The notes below the pieces were generated by a model, which had not been told where the DNA came from, made no database searches, and was given only the letters and a program-made list of their open reading frames with translations. A DNA stretch of 64,000 bases from a virus: positions 1-64,000 of IMG/VR virus record IMGVR_UViG_3300020442_001467. The stretch is one strand, 5' to 3'. Shown here one piece after another: positions 21,001 through 29,000 of the stretch (position 1 is its first letter; each line of letters opens with the position of its first letter). Made by a program: the position numbers and the translations under genes.

Positions 21001-21110
21001 AGTCAGCTGATCGTTTTGCTGGTGTGACAAGGGGTGTCGATGGCACCACTGCAGAAGCACATGCTGCAGGTACATTCATCAGGACTATCGGTCTAGAGAC
21101 AACTCTCTAA
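12015..21110 (+). CDS. gp7: baseplate wedge initiator gp7-like giant protein, with YHYH domain and cupredoxin-like insert
   Basis: N-terminal IETQLPAF...KNIADFYKVKGT; IHDSDFYQDYSYVIRS...HPAGFKAFG; lies between gp6 and gp8; HSPILGYAYDGNPIYGPYG (YHYH). Confidence 0.85.
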   Translation: MSNKISSLIETQLPAFIVSEYGNVAAVIEAYYEQLESTGQSLDIISNITSYRDVDFYEKNLLTEQTTLTVGISAAATTIAVADASSFPRKNGYIKIGDEICFYASRTDTEFLEVSRGVSGTTQLGDLYEKSQYTSSDAKFHATSSAVHNLSHLFLYALVKAFEREYLVDVPEVYLKGDIDKRQLIKNIADFYKVKGTDKSIRFIFNSIVSKSADDIPTTYYPKDFTVKVSESNWDAAFALQVIILEGNANWLIGQTIVQQSDKNSPDASYASVSIENVVGIGKVGDYGLFNLIINPNTVNGNFAIPQKTVLDRDLATTQGPGDTITVDSTLGWSAQSGYLQVNNEIIKFEGKGARQFIISERGNITRTHNVGDLVVNYSNVSASTNDGRVKLLVYGTLTNLNVENGEPYSQVGDKVQVSKPGFETKNLVIYDQRANNVRWKVNTSGLTPSVPFNPGVGQGLQKFLSDVSAVYEDSQYYYFATSSYPSTPILTGQTQPVPMVDPQLLKLIPKQTSTTPEVYKTPTRDVGIFVDGSIAFSFKSENNIPYGDIQTYTLTKRGSGYTKPPYVLVNGDSSIALSSLAGDTVNAITTIKSQNYTADPLIEITAGRDGKAEAVITSGEITSIRVIDAGEYYSAPPLVVISDLAGKGRFAEYRAKTNTLGKITEFEKISGGKFYTQENVRVELISEGQNNPASATAEIYRWVQNRFFENELILDDNNGLAVKDVIENEYYYGIAANPKRLRLRLQDSIQNITFQETATVTHSPILGYAYDGNPIYGPYGFSDPLDSSSSIARMNSGYQLKSSRTDGPVDAPYEMGTFVDDYEWVATVDTGKTRLDINNGRFCVTPEFPQGTYAYFITIDATNKPVYPYILGENFYSLPVRSNYESKITQKSIPSDSRRLFIPGTLKNGSGEIAFVDSVSTGFVSSVKIEDSQPNFQVGSRIYVDDSGSGGSGASGIVSSTFGKPVTSIESKELKAVQLTTLNSFYGFLGDTITQEGTGAVGELIRDVSEENEIVLRSVTGTFVPGNEINSSTRVINLLLSQNSTYTQGETLALVLFDDPTTEIATGEILAGTVEQNAVRLKVLSGNFDDYLNYAEGEVILKSSDLGNTAGTEIVIIKELSKNVGVTGVDESIAILETTEAHDFGSGDIIDIIVDPDEATTETTYYVTKKKFQEVSLLDLQYSAKVNDSGIGASTVIGLGKDYYTNTYNDVPLVFANAAKNRDDIVQAKATVVVAGDNFDGSGNIASISITDPGSNYRRDDILTLDPTAIPRVDPADLDQSPNLGMEYTNQQQVEANLSKRFFVAEADYDDFIANEYVAAAFGQNDGGNVNFIYQNTDPDNFSVQYFIVDEEGDDLSTSDTIGGYAITATDTFYPPGSLLPQYVFKDLDTNEVNPDYNLRVGSTLTIPNMGGHTIYVVSDYSTSLALDGYALKIDDYDIATGSSTDQSSPITFTPVFAGTYYYICIAHPEMVGTITVYPSPGSSTPLINVDSAGFGVDRTDLNVTNTFGIAVNDLLSIGSEVIKVVTVDNANKKMTVLRAQEGTSKSDHGDGKEITSFSPTYNFTPGSKLGGNTVNDPVVVSYDKTAKTLVVNWDYDATSTVPLTTVSSIEDQSTPPKVVSISSAEPIKEKLLFSLDNTNFDTNPVVDIQKYYFYKFDVSHPSMLNSYLDISTSPNFNVFTEEKEVGLTEPGNPGAFVRIRLGYGANIGEKTRKDVNFTSYYYFLTNSSTDTEGSFLRVIDDPLSGRKSVTYTTDTKVVYGLDEVPQYDGSGSINYTGRSVGKIASITLDNLGSNYKKLPVIRGVVPADGYKAKVTAVRNATSNEIEAITISDPGQGYSKPELVVASGDGTGLRTVVDTQNGKVTQVRIINGGTFTETPLVDIIETDNKLFFESENIGLPQNVNFVKYGSGFHTDDTIISEYSTPSVFVLRSFDLDAFKPGELIEQRSGQLVTAQGRVAPNGWTKGSNILRLEKITGVFKQNEQIIGKSGKNTAIIDSIKKTTFSPVIVTRDKTLGVFTSDRGKISSGNQKIHDSDFYQDYSYVIRSRTPIKQWRNIIKDTTHPAGFKAFGEVYLETQAPAIMPSSQPVKKTTVILTGPPVNLSTVSTKRTITTSVFKVEDSRVSRGAGSVSVDDFDVTLFKTRELELTPDFDGKYDPQTGLKIGNTQFTIIDKETGTAYTPYNEQELLMTIDGIAQRPGYSFKVTGNQLNFYEPPLGVRIVEDQEVPAQQEYIRSFKFREDTDNARYLKRLQNIADSFDGRTRIFDLRWEDGSVVKTQVNEDLFVYLDGVLQQGSYEIRRFSSPNKTDRIAFNKAPKNYKDLYDADAFPQELQNETYFYGFGVGLYERLGIDERIVPFNTYNSYSIYDSKGDVINVDDDKNLYVYVDGVLQNREFSYKIAGSSIIFNQPLTFAEQADGGYTTARVDIIRLYGKDAQQTVTLFNHEPDVYFNRATVQLDLAGGYDALTTWRTQNTTDTTIVKQGDKVWGDLISVSSDAGNTFKIELRSQNILSDTSLPITFDRNDGAPLTLNPDSFTISYVTNEDGERVLNRLEANYIPYLPTGDAFDSYDYRGEILKQHPNLRVGDKIKIDGEKSYRSIISSPLFARPTEYRDDEQVSNNFFTKIAAGNYNGERFGEGLSVVANITAGKVTSLDWNRRDLSYYFNHGVLINPTAYNYNSAPILNFVPVNGEGGGAKARVIVYGGQIIDIEVVDPGSGYTKAPRVVVSRGYSILRENNHPEFFMTRYTTGGGGQQLVATISAVSSVIPLFDRNLIESLAIIQSPNPLQFNNEYVRVIQPASPAIGMGEVSEQKILSQIQYVAATESPAAVSQPAFTRIFPDNMDLGFESFRAVKTRQYSSGVVALDEQPVNNPHLYSQGKLGTTVSSFIDYLFLDVGYANVSGITLEQLELTYTQFQGISEGVDTWMDNMAINASSLTTDGTLFNPGVPSLQEHVSFLDAPATDVSIVLYVPDTSRFPDSGKLLLGKELVTYTSKSADRFAGVTRGVDGTTAEAHAAGTFIRTIGLETTL

Positions 21111-21118
21111 AAACACCG

Positions 21119-21132
21119 TATAAATATAAATA
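21119..21132 (+). promoter_or_regulatory. T4-type late promoter (two overlapping TATAAATA)
   Basis: TATAAATA at 21119 and 21125. Confidence 0.85.
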
Positions 21133-21164
21133 ACACAGAAATCCAACCCGTATCTCTTATTTCA

Positions 21165-23030
21165 ATGGCTGCTATTATCTCGGAAAAGTTCAGAATTTTT
21201 AATGCGAAGCAGTTCCTAGAGTCTCTTACTGAAGGCGCTAGCGATACTGGTGCCGACCGAAGTCGTATGTACTTCTTTGTCGGCAGACCCCAAGCATGGG
21301 ATTCGTTTTTAGAAGTATATTCAACAGACGGTGGTTCGTTCACCGTAGGTAACGAAGTATATGTTGGTGCCAACTATGCTGGCGCTACATTCAAGGCAAC
21401 AATCGCAAAGATTCTTCCTGAAAGTCTTCTACTCAACTTGGTAGGACCACTTCCAACTAGTGCTCCTGCTCTAGGATCTCTGTTAAAGGAATACGACGGT
21501 TCGGCGGATACGGGTGTCCAAGCAACCACGGGTGTCTACAGATATTCTACAGAGAACGTTCCTCCTGTACCTCTTGATAACCTAACCGAGAAATTCAGCG
21601 TTTATAGTGACATCATTGCAGCGAAGAGAATCACTTCTTCCTATGCAAGATCTGTTGTAAGAAGATACAATTGGGACACAGCGAACAATCCAAAGTTCGA
21701 CATGTGGAAACCCAACTATTCTGCTACCCCTGCTGGTGGTGGTCAGGTCGGTGTTGGAACTGCTCTTGGCGGATCTTCTATCTCTGGAGCAAAGTTCTAT
21801 GTAATGAACCAGGGTTATGAGGTATTCAAATGCCTCTACAACGGTGAGTCTGTTGCTAACCCATCTGGTGTCAACGTAGTTCACGAACCCAAAACTAATC
21901 CTTCTGCTGGTCTCGGTACATATTCTAACGGCATCTTTACTGCTCCTGATGGATCTTACATCTGGAAGTACATGTACACCATGCCTACTGATGATGTACT
22001 AGCATTCCTCTCTTCTGACTTCATGCCTATTGCAGCAGCAGGAGAAGCGAGCAGAGTTGCAACTGAAACTGCAGCAGTATCAGGTTCTCTTGACGTTGCT
22101 CTTATTAGAGACGGCGGAACTGGTCTTACCAACGGCACTTTCTATGCTCCTGTATTAGGAGATGGTACTGGCGGCATTGCTAAACTAACTGTTGCTGCTG
22201 GTGTTATCACTGGTGCTGAAATGGAAGCAGCAGGTTCTGGTTATACCTATGCATCTATTCCTGTTGTGACTGGTGTTCCTTCTGGAACTGCTGGTAGCAC
22301 CGAAGCAATCGGTCTATTCACTGATACTGCTCTTACAGTATCTCAAGCAGTTGCAGCAACATCTGCTCCATCACTAGAAGTGGTTATCCCCCCACAAGGT
22401 GGTCACGGTTCCGACTTCGAGACCGAATTTAACGCAAAGCGTGTTATGGCAAATATTCGTCTCACTTTCGTTGAAAGTGCTGGCGACTTCCCTGTCGATA
22501 ACGATTTCCGCCGTATTGGAATCATCAAAGATCCTCTTGATTACGGTACTACTACTTTCGCTACTTCTGATACCCTTTCTGGATTGAAGGCAGTTAAGAT
22601 CACTGGAGCAACTGGAGACTTCACTCCCGATGAGATGATCTCCCAGACCGTCGCTGGTGGCACTGCAAAGGGCACTGTAGTCTCTTGGACCCTAGATGCT
22701 GGATCTCCTACTCCAACACCTTCTACCCCTGGTAGCGGCGTTCTGAAGTACATGCAAAGTTCCGAGTATCACATGGATGCTAACTACATTGTGAGAGAAT
22801 TTGCGTCTGACGCTGCTAACGCAATTGTAGGTGCAGATTCTGCTTCTCAAGGTACTGTAGATGTTGCATTGGCAGATGGTACAGAACTAATTGGTTCCGT
22901 ATTCACCGATGGTCTGGCAGATCCCGAGATCGAAGCGAACACAGGCGATCTCATATACATAGAGAACAGAAGACTAATCACCAGAGCAGCAGACCAAATT
23001 GAGGACATCAAGTTAGTCATCGAATTCTGA
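21165..23030 (+). CDS. gp8: baseplate wedge subunit gp8
   Basis: MAAIISEKFRIFNAKQF...VFKCLYNG...DGSYIWKYMYT...IYIENRRLITRAADQIEDIKLVIEF. Confidence 0.92.
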   Translation: MAAIISEKFRIFNAKQFLESLTEGASDTGADRSRMYFFVGRPQAWDSFLEVYSTDGGSFTVGNEVYVGANYAGATFKATIAKILPESLLLNLVGPLPTSAPALGSLLKEYDGSADTGVQATTGVYRYSTENVPPVPLDNLTEKFSVYSDIIAAKRITSSYARSVVRRYNWDTANNPKFDMWKPNYSATPAGGGQVGVGTALGGSSISGAKFYVMNQGYEVFKCLYNGESVANPSGVNVVHEPKTNPSAGLGTYSNGIFTAPDGSYIWKYMYTMPTDDVLAFLSSDFMPIAAAGEASRVATETAAVSGSLDVALIRDGGTGLTNGTFYAPVLGDGTGGIAKLTVAAGVITGAEMEAAGSGYTYASIPVVTGVPSGTAGSTEAIGLFTDTALTVSQAVAATSAPSLEVVIPPQGGHGSDFETEFNAKRVMANIRLTFVESAGDFPVDNDFRRIGIIKDPLDYGTTTFATSDTLSGLKAVKITGATGDFTPDEMISQTVAGGTAKGTVVSWTLDAGSPTPTPSTPGSGVLKYMQSSEYHMDANYIVREFASDAANAIVGADSASQGTVDVALADGTELIGSVFTDGLADPEIEANTGDLIYIENRRLITRAADQIEDIKLVIEF

Positions 23031-23063
23031 TTATAAACAAAAACAAGACGGTAGTTTAATACA

Positions 23064-26000
23064 ATGCCACAGAAGACTAATCTTAAAGCCGCCCCATATT
23101 TTGACGACTACGATTCTAGAAAGGATTTTTACAAAGTATTATACAGACCTGGTTACCCTGTACAGGGTAGGGAACTTAATACTACACAATCTATTCTACA
23201 GAATCAGATCGAAAGCTATGGCAAATATGCTTTCAAACAGGGCGACCTAGTTGTCCCTGGAGAGGTCGGTCTTAACAAAAAACTGGACTTTGTAAAACTA
23301 TCGTCTGTTTCTGAAGTTGCTGTTAATGTCGATGGCGAATTAGTATATCAGAAGTACGACATCGATGGTCTAGTTGGTCAGAAGATCAACGGACTATCTT
23401 CTGGTGTTATTGCTATTGTTCAAACTGTTGTAAAAGCAACAGAGAACAATTCCGATACATTATATGTAAAATATTTGACGGCAGGTGACAGTGGAGACGA
23501 AGAAACATTCCGCCAAGGAGAAACTCTCGAAGTTGTTGATGGCATTAACTCGCCTCTCCTTGTTGTTGGTACTGACGGTAGTGTTCTTCCTACTAGCGTT
23601 GCAGTCTTAAATCCTGATACAAATGAGACTACATTTGTAGATAGTGGTGCCATGGGATTTGGTTCCGCTGTACAAGTGGAAGAAGGTGTTTATTTTGTTA
23701 ATGGTTATTTCGTAAGAAATGATTCTGGTCTTATTGTTGTTGATGGTTACAGCGACAATCCTTCAGTAAAAGTTGGATTTAAAATTGACGAAACCCTAGT
23801 TACACCAGAGGATGAACCCTCTCTGTATGACAATGCTTTTGGGTCTTCTAACTATGCAGCACCTGGAGCACATAGATTACAGATCACATTAAATCTGGTC
23901 AAATATCAGTTTGAACAGACTCCAGATAAGAATTTTATTCAACTCCTATCCATCAAGAATGGAGTTATCCAGAAGCAAGTTAAGCAAGCAGCATATAATA
24001 CTCTTGAGAATACTCTTGCAAGAAGAACCTACGATGAATCTGGCGATTACGTAGTAGAAAATTTTGACGTTGATATTAGAGAGTTCTATCAAAGAGATGG
24101 AAACTTTGGTTTGTATCGTGCTGGCGTTGATGGCACAGTAGGACCAAATGGTATTTCTGCAACCGAAGCTGCAGATAAACTAATTGCAACGGTTGGTGCT
24201 GGTAAAGCATATGTTCGTGGTTTTGAAATTGTCAACAAAGAAACCAAGTATCTAGAAATTGATAAAGCAAGAGAAACCCTTGCTAGAGATAATGTAACGA
24301 TCAAGTCTAATGGTCTTGCATCTTTCACGCTAACTAACGTATACAACACCCTCCCTCTAAATGCAGAAGGAGCAGATCTTACTGCATATCCAACTATCTT
24401 CCTGAATGCTGCATATAATGACGGCACCATTGGATTCAATAATCTAGAAGATGTCACTGAATACAGACAGACTATTTCTAGAAGAGGACAAGGGTTCGAC
24501 AAAGATGATGCTATTAAGACTATCTGGGTACAGGCATCTGCCGATCTAGGTCTTATTGACGATACCAGTATTTCCGATTCCCCTGGTGCTGGAAAACTGG
24601 ATTTAAGAACTTTGTACTTTGTTCAGACCAGAACAGACACTGGTGGTGTAGCAACAACAAATACTGTTAAGTGTCTATCATTTGCAAAAGTCACCAGACC
24701 TGAAATTGGTGATGTAAATGCACAATTCCTTCAGTTGACAGTTGCTGGCAGAAAAGATTTACTGGATGACTTCTTCATTGAGTATGACGATAACGTAGCA
24801 ACAAGAAGAAGATTCTTATACACCAGTCTTGCTAATGTTCAGCAAGAAGTTAACAACGTAGGATACATTGTAGATTATTCCGACAGCATTGTTCCTGTCA
24901 TCGGTGTAGCAAAACCAAAAGACTTTACTCTCGTTAAGAGACCAGAGGGATTCAATCAAGATACAGATATCATTATCTCTCGTGGAAAACTTGCTGATGG
25001 TAGACAGACATACAATGGCAACTTCGATCTCTCTTATTTCAATCCAGTATTTTTCACCAGACTTTTCGTAGATTCTCCTGTCACTCCAGCCTTCGCACCT
25101 GGTAAGTACATTTATGGCACTACAAGCGGCGCGTATGGCATTGTAGAGGGTTCTTCTAATGGTTACATGTCATTGGGTAGAAGTCTGTTTGTAAAGACCT
25201 TGTACGGCAATTTCCTGCCTGGTGAGACTATCAACAGCGAAGAAGGTTCAGTCCTACGTATTCCAAAGAACAACACCATCTCCCACTTCGTTGTACAACG
25301 TCAAGGAACTGGTTACGTTGCAGGATCGAAAATCAATGTCAACGGCACTCTATTTGAAAGTGCTGATATCGAAGTTGGTATTGATGGTGGTACTGTTTAC
25401 AAGATTGTAATTAAGAACAGAGATGCAGTGCAAACTGAATTTGCTGCACCTCCTATTTGTGAAGTAACTGGAGCGAATACAATTGCTGTAGGTATTGCTC
25501 CTGTATTGTATAGAGATACAGTCTTGACATACACAGCACAGAATGTCAAATCTTTGTATTCTGAATTTGGATCTAATAATAAGTTCTCTGCTGACATCGA
25601 AACTACTGAAGGTAGTCTTTCTGATACAAGAAACGTAACCGAGTCTACTTTCTCTGGTACGAAAGGATATAAGTTTATTGAGTGCAATGCGTTCGGATCC
25701 GACGCATCTCTTATTCTTGTTCAGGGTGACATCATTCAATTCAACGATGATACTGGAAGAGTTAACAAGTTCACTGTCGAACTAGTAACCACACCGAGAG
25801 GAACCGACAAGTCTAGAATCTACTTGAATGGTGCGCTGCCCGATACTATGACAGCAAAAACTGTCATTAGACAACGTGGAAAGATTAACAATGGTTCTAC
25901 ATCCACATTGATCTTCCCAACAGGAAGTAAAGAAGTTGGCAGTTTGGTTAAGTCAACTGAAGATACCAAACTAACTTATTACATCAGAAGAGACTTTGTA

Positions 26001-29000
26001 ACCACTGGCAGTGATAATGGTGGTAACATTACTTTTGCTGCACAATTAGACTTTGGTACACAGAGATTTACTCAATTTACAGAAAGAGATTTCCTCATCA
26101 CTGTCCTAGACAAAGGTGGTTCTGACCTAGTAGAAACTGGCGATGTTGTTTATGTTTCTTCAGAGTTTGTCAAGATTCTGAATACTACAGATGCTACCTC
26201 TGGTTTGTCTTCTGGTAGTATCACCCTGACTTTCCCTGGTAACTACTTTGGCAACAACGTAACCAACTTCCCCAAACTGAAGTTGACTGCTACCATTGAG
26301 GTCTCAAAAGGTAGACCAAAACTCAAGACAGCAATTAAGAATAAGAGAGTCGTTATCCAATCTCCTGGAGACCAGGTTCTACCTCTCCGTGGTTTGGACT
26401 ATGATAGCGACAGCACCGAAGTATTCTCCTATTCAGATGCATTCCGTATCAGATACATCTATGAAGGATCATCTTCTGCTCCCCCAACTGTTGATGTCAA
26501 TGGCAATCTGGTTGTTGGTACAGATCTTACTAACAGATTTACTTTTGATGATGGACAAAGGGATACATTCTATGACGTATCCAGAATCGTTCTGAAACCT
26601 GGATTTAGTCCACCAACAGGTCAACTAGTTGTTGCTTTCGATTACTTCGAGCATTCTCAAGGAGACTTCTGCACTGTTGACTCTTACATCCATGAAGCAG
26701 GTGTAGTCCTAGATGAGATTCCTGATTTCAACTCTAACGTTCATGGCAACGTAAGTCTGAAGAATGTTATTGACTTCAGACCAAAAGTAGACTCTACTGC
26801 AATTATTCCTGGATATCAGGACACATCACTACTGTCACAATCAGAGTACATCAACTTCATTGGACCTGGTGGTTCTGTTTCTAGCACACCATCTTCTGCT
26901 AGAAATCTTCCTTACACTATCTCATTCAGTGAGTCACAGTTCCTTGACAGAATTGATGGCGTCTTCCTCACCAAGAAGGGCGAATTCGTTGTCAAGAAAG
27001 GTAATGCATCTCTTAACCCAAGCAAACCAGAGATTATCGAAGATGGCATTCCTCTCTACTACATGTTCATCCCTGCGTTTACGAAGTCCAGCAAGGATGT
27101 AAGAATTACTCCTGTTGACAACCGTCGTTACACAATGCGTGACATCGGTAAACTAGAGAAGCGTATTGAACGACTTGAGTATTACACTACGTTGAGCATT
27201 CTTGAGCAGCAAGCTCTCAACATGCAAGTCAAAGATACTCTTGGTATTGATAAGACAAAGAGTGGTTTCTTGGTTGATAACTATGAAACTCATAATGTCG
27301 GTAACGTCAAGTCTATCGACCACCTCTGTTCTATTGATGCACAACAGTCTGTATTGAGACCTCAATCTAAAGAAGACAGTTTTACACTCAAAGAAGTCAA
27401 CAGAAGAGATGACCAGAGAAACATTTCTGGATATACAAACTCTAATGGTGTTATCACACTTCCATACACCAACGTTGTGTATGCACAAAATCAATTTGCA
27501 ACTAGTACAGTAAATCCAAACCCATTCGTTGTTCTACAATATGTTGGCGATGCTGCACTAATGCCAAACATCGACCAATGGTATAACAGTGCAGTTGCAC
27601 CGTTGGTAACCGAAAACAATACTAATCTGTTCTCTGTCTTCTTGGCAAAACAAGATGCACGAGTAGCATTCTCTAGTATCTACAACTCCTTTGTAATTAA
27701 CTGGGTCGGTGTAAACAAAACCTTCTATAACTTGAAGAGTTTTGCAGAGAACAACGGAAGATCTGCCGAGTCTACTGTGAGCAGTGCTGCCATTGGGTCC
27801 TCTTCTAATGTCAGTCCACAAAACAATGAGATTGCGAAGGGAGTCGGATACAAGACAGTTAATGGAACTAACGTATCTAATGCACTGAAGTTCTATGCCA
27901 GATCTGTTCCTGTTAAGTATGTCGTAAGACGTATGAAACCAAAGACGAAACTACACGTCTTTATGGAAGGCAGAGACATCTCTAGATGGATTAACCCAGA
28001 CTCTAGATTTACTGGTATTGCTGGAAACTCTTCTACTACATTTGGTAGTGGTATTACAACAGATCAATATGGCAATGCTAGCGGTATCATTCTAGTACCA
28101 TCGGGATATGCACCTAGAGAGAATTCTTTCTGGACTGGTAACATCGATACCATGCTATATGATGACACCTCCGAAGAAGTATATTTCTCCACAGGTATCA
28201 AGACAATCAGATTTACTTCTAGTTCTACTGATGCTCCTATTACTGATGTAAATGGAGTCAGTTCTTTCGCTGAAGTCAAGTTCTATGCTACTGGTATTCT
28301 GCCAGAGAACCCTGCATCTATTATCTCTACTGCACCAGCATTCTTCAAAGCAAACGAAGGTGTACAGGAGATTGATAGTAACACAGAGAACAAAGAAAGA
28401 CCAAACCCAATGGCACAGACTTTCAAAGTCGAAAGCTTTGAGGGTGGTATGTTTGCAACAGGCGTTGACCTGTTCTTCTCCGAGAAGAGTGCTACTGTTC
28501 CATTAAGAGTTTATCTCTCTAACGTAGAAGCAGACAAACCTGGTAAGTACATCCTTCCTGGATCTATCAGGACTCTCTATCCAGATACTTTCCTGAAGGT
28601 ATATTCTTCTGGAAATATTACTATTCAACAGGGAGAAGATGTCACTGGCAACAGAAGTCTTGCTAAAGGACCTATTGCTAAAGTTCTTGATAGAAACAAT
28701 TTTGAAGTTACCCCTTCCAGTAATGGCGAGATCTCTCTAACAAATGAGCAGACTTATACGTTCATCTTGAATAATCACAACGGAAGAGATTTCCTACAGA
28801 ACGAAGATTTGACTATCGGCACAGTTACTGCATACAACAATGCTAACAATGCTACAGTAGGTCTGAAGATTGCTAAAGACTCTGGTCGTGTATCCAAACT
28901 GAATATTACCAATTTGGGTTCTGGATACGAAAGCGCAACCATCACTATTGAAAGTCCACAACTACCTGGCGGAAGCAACGCTACTGGATCTGTTAAAGTA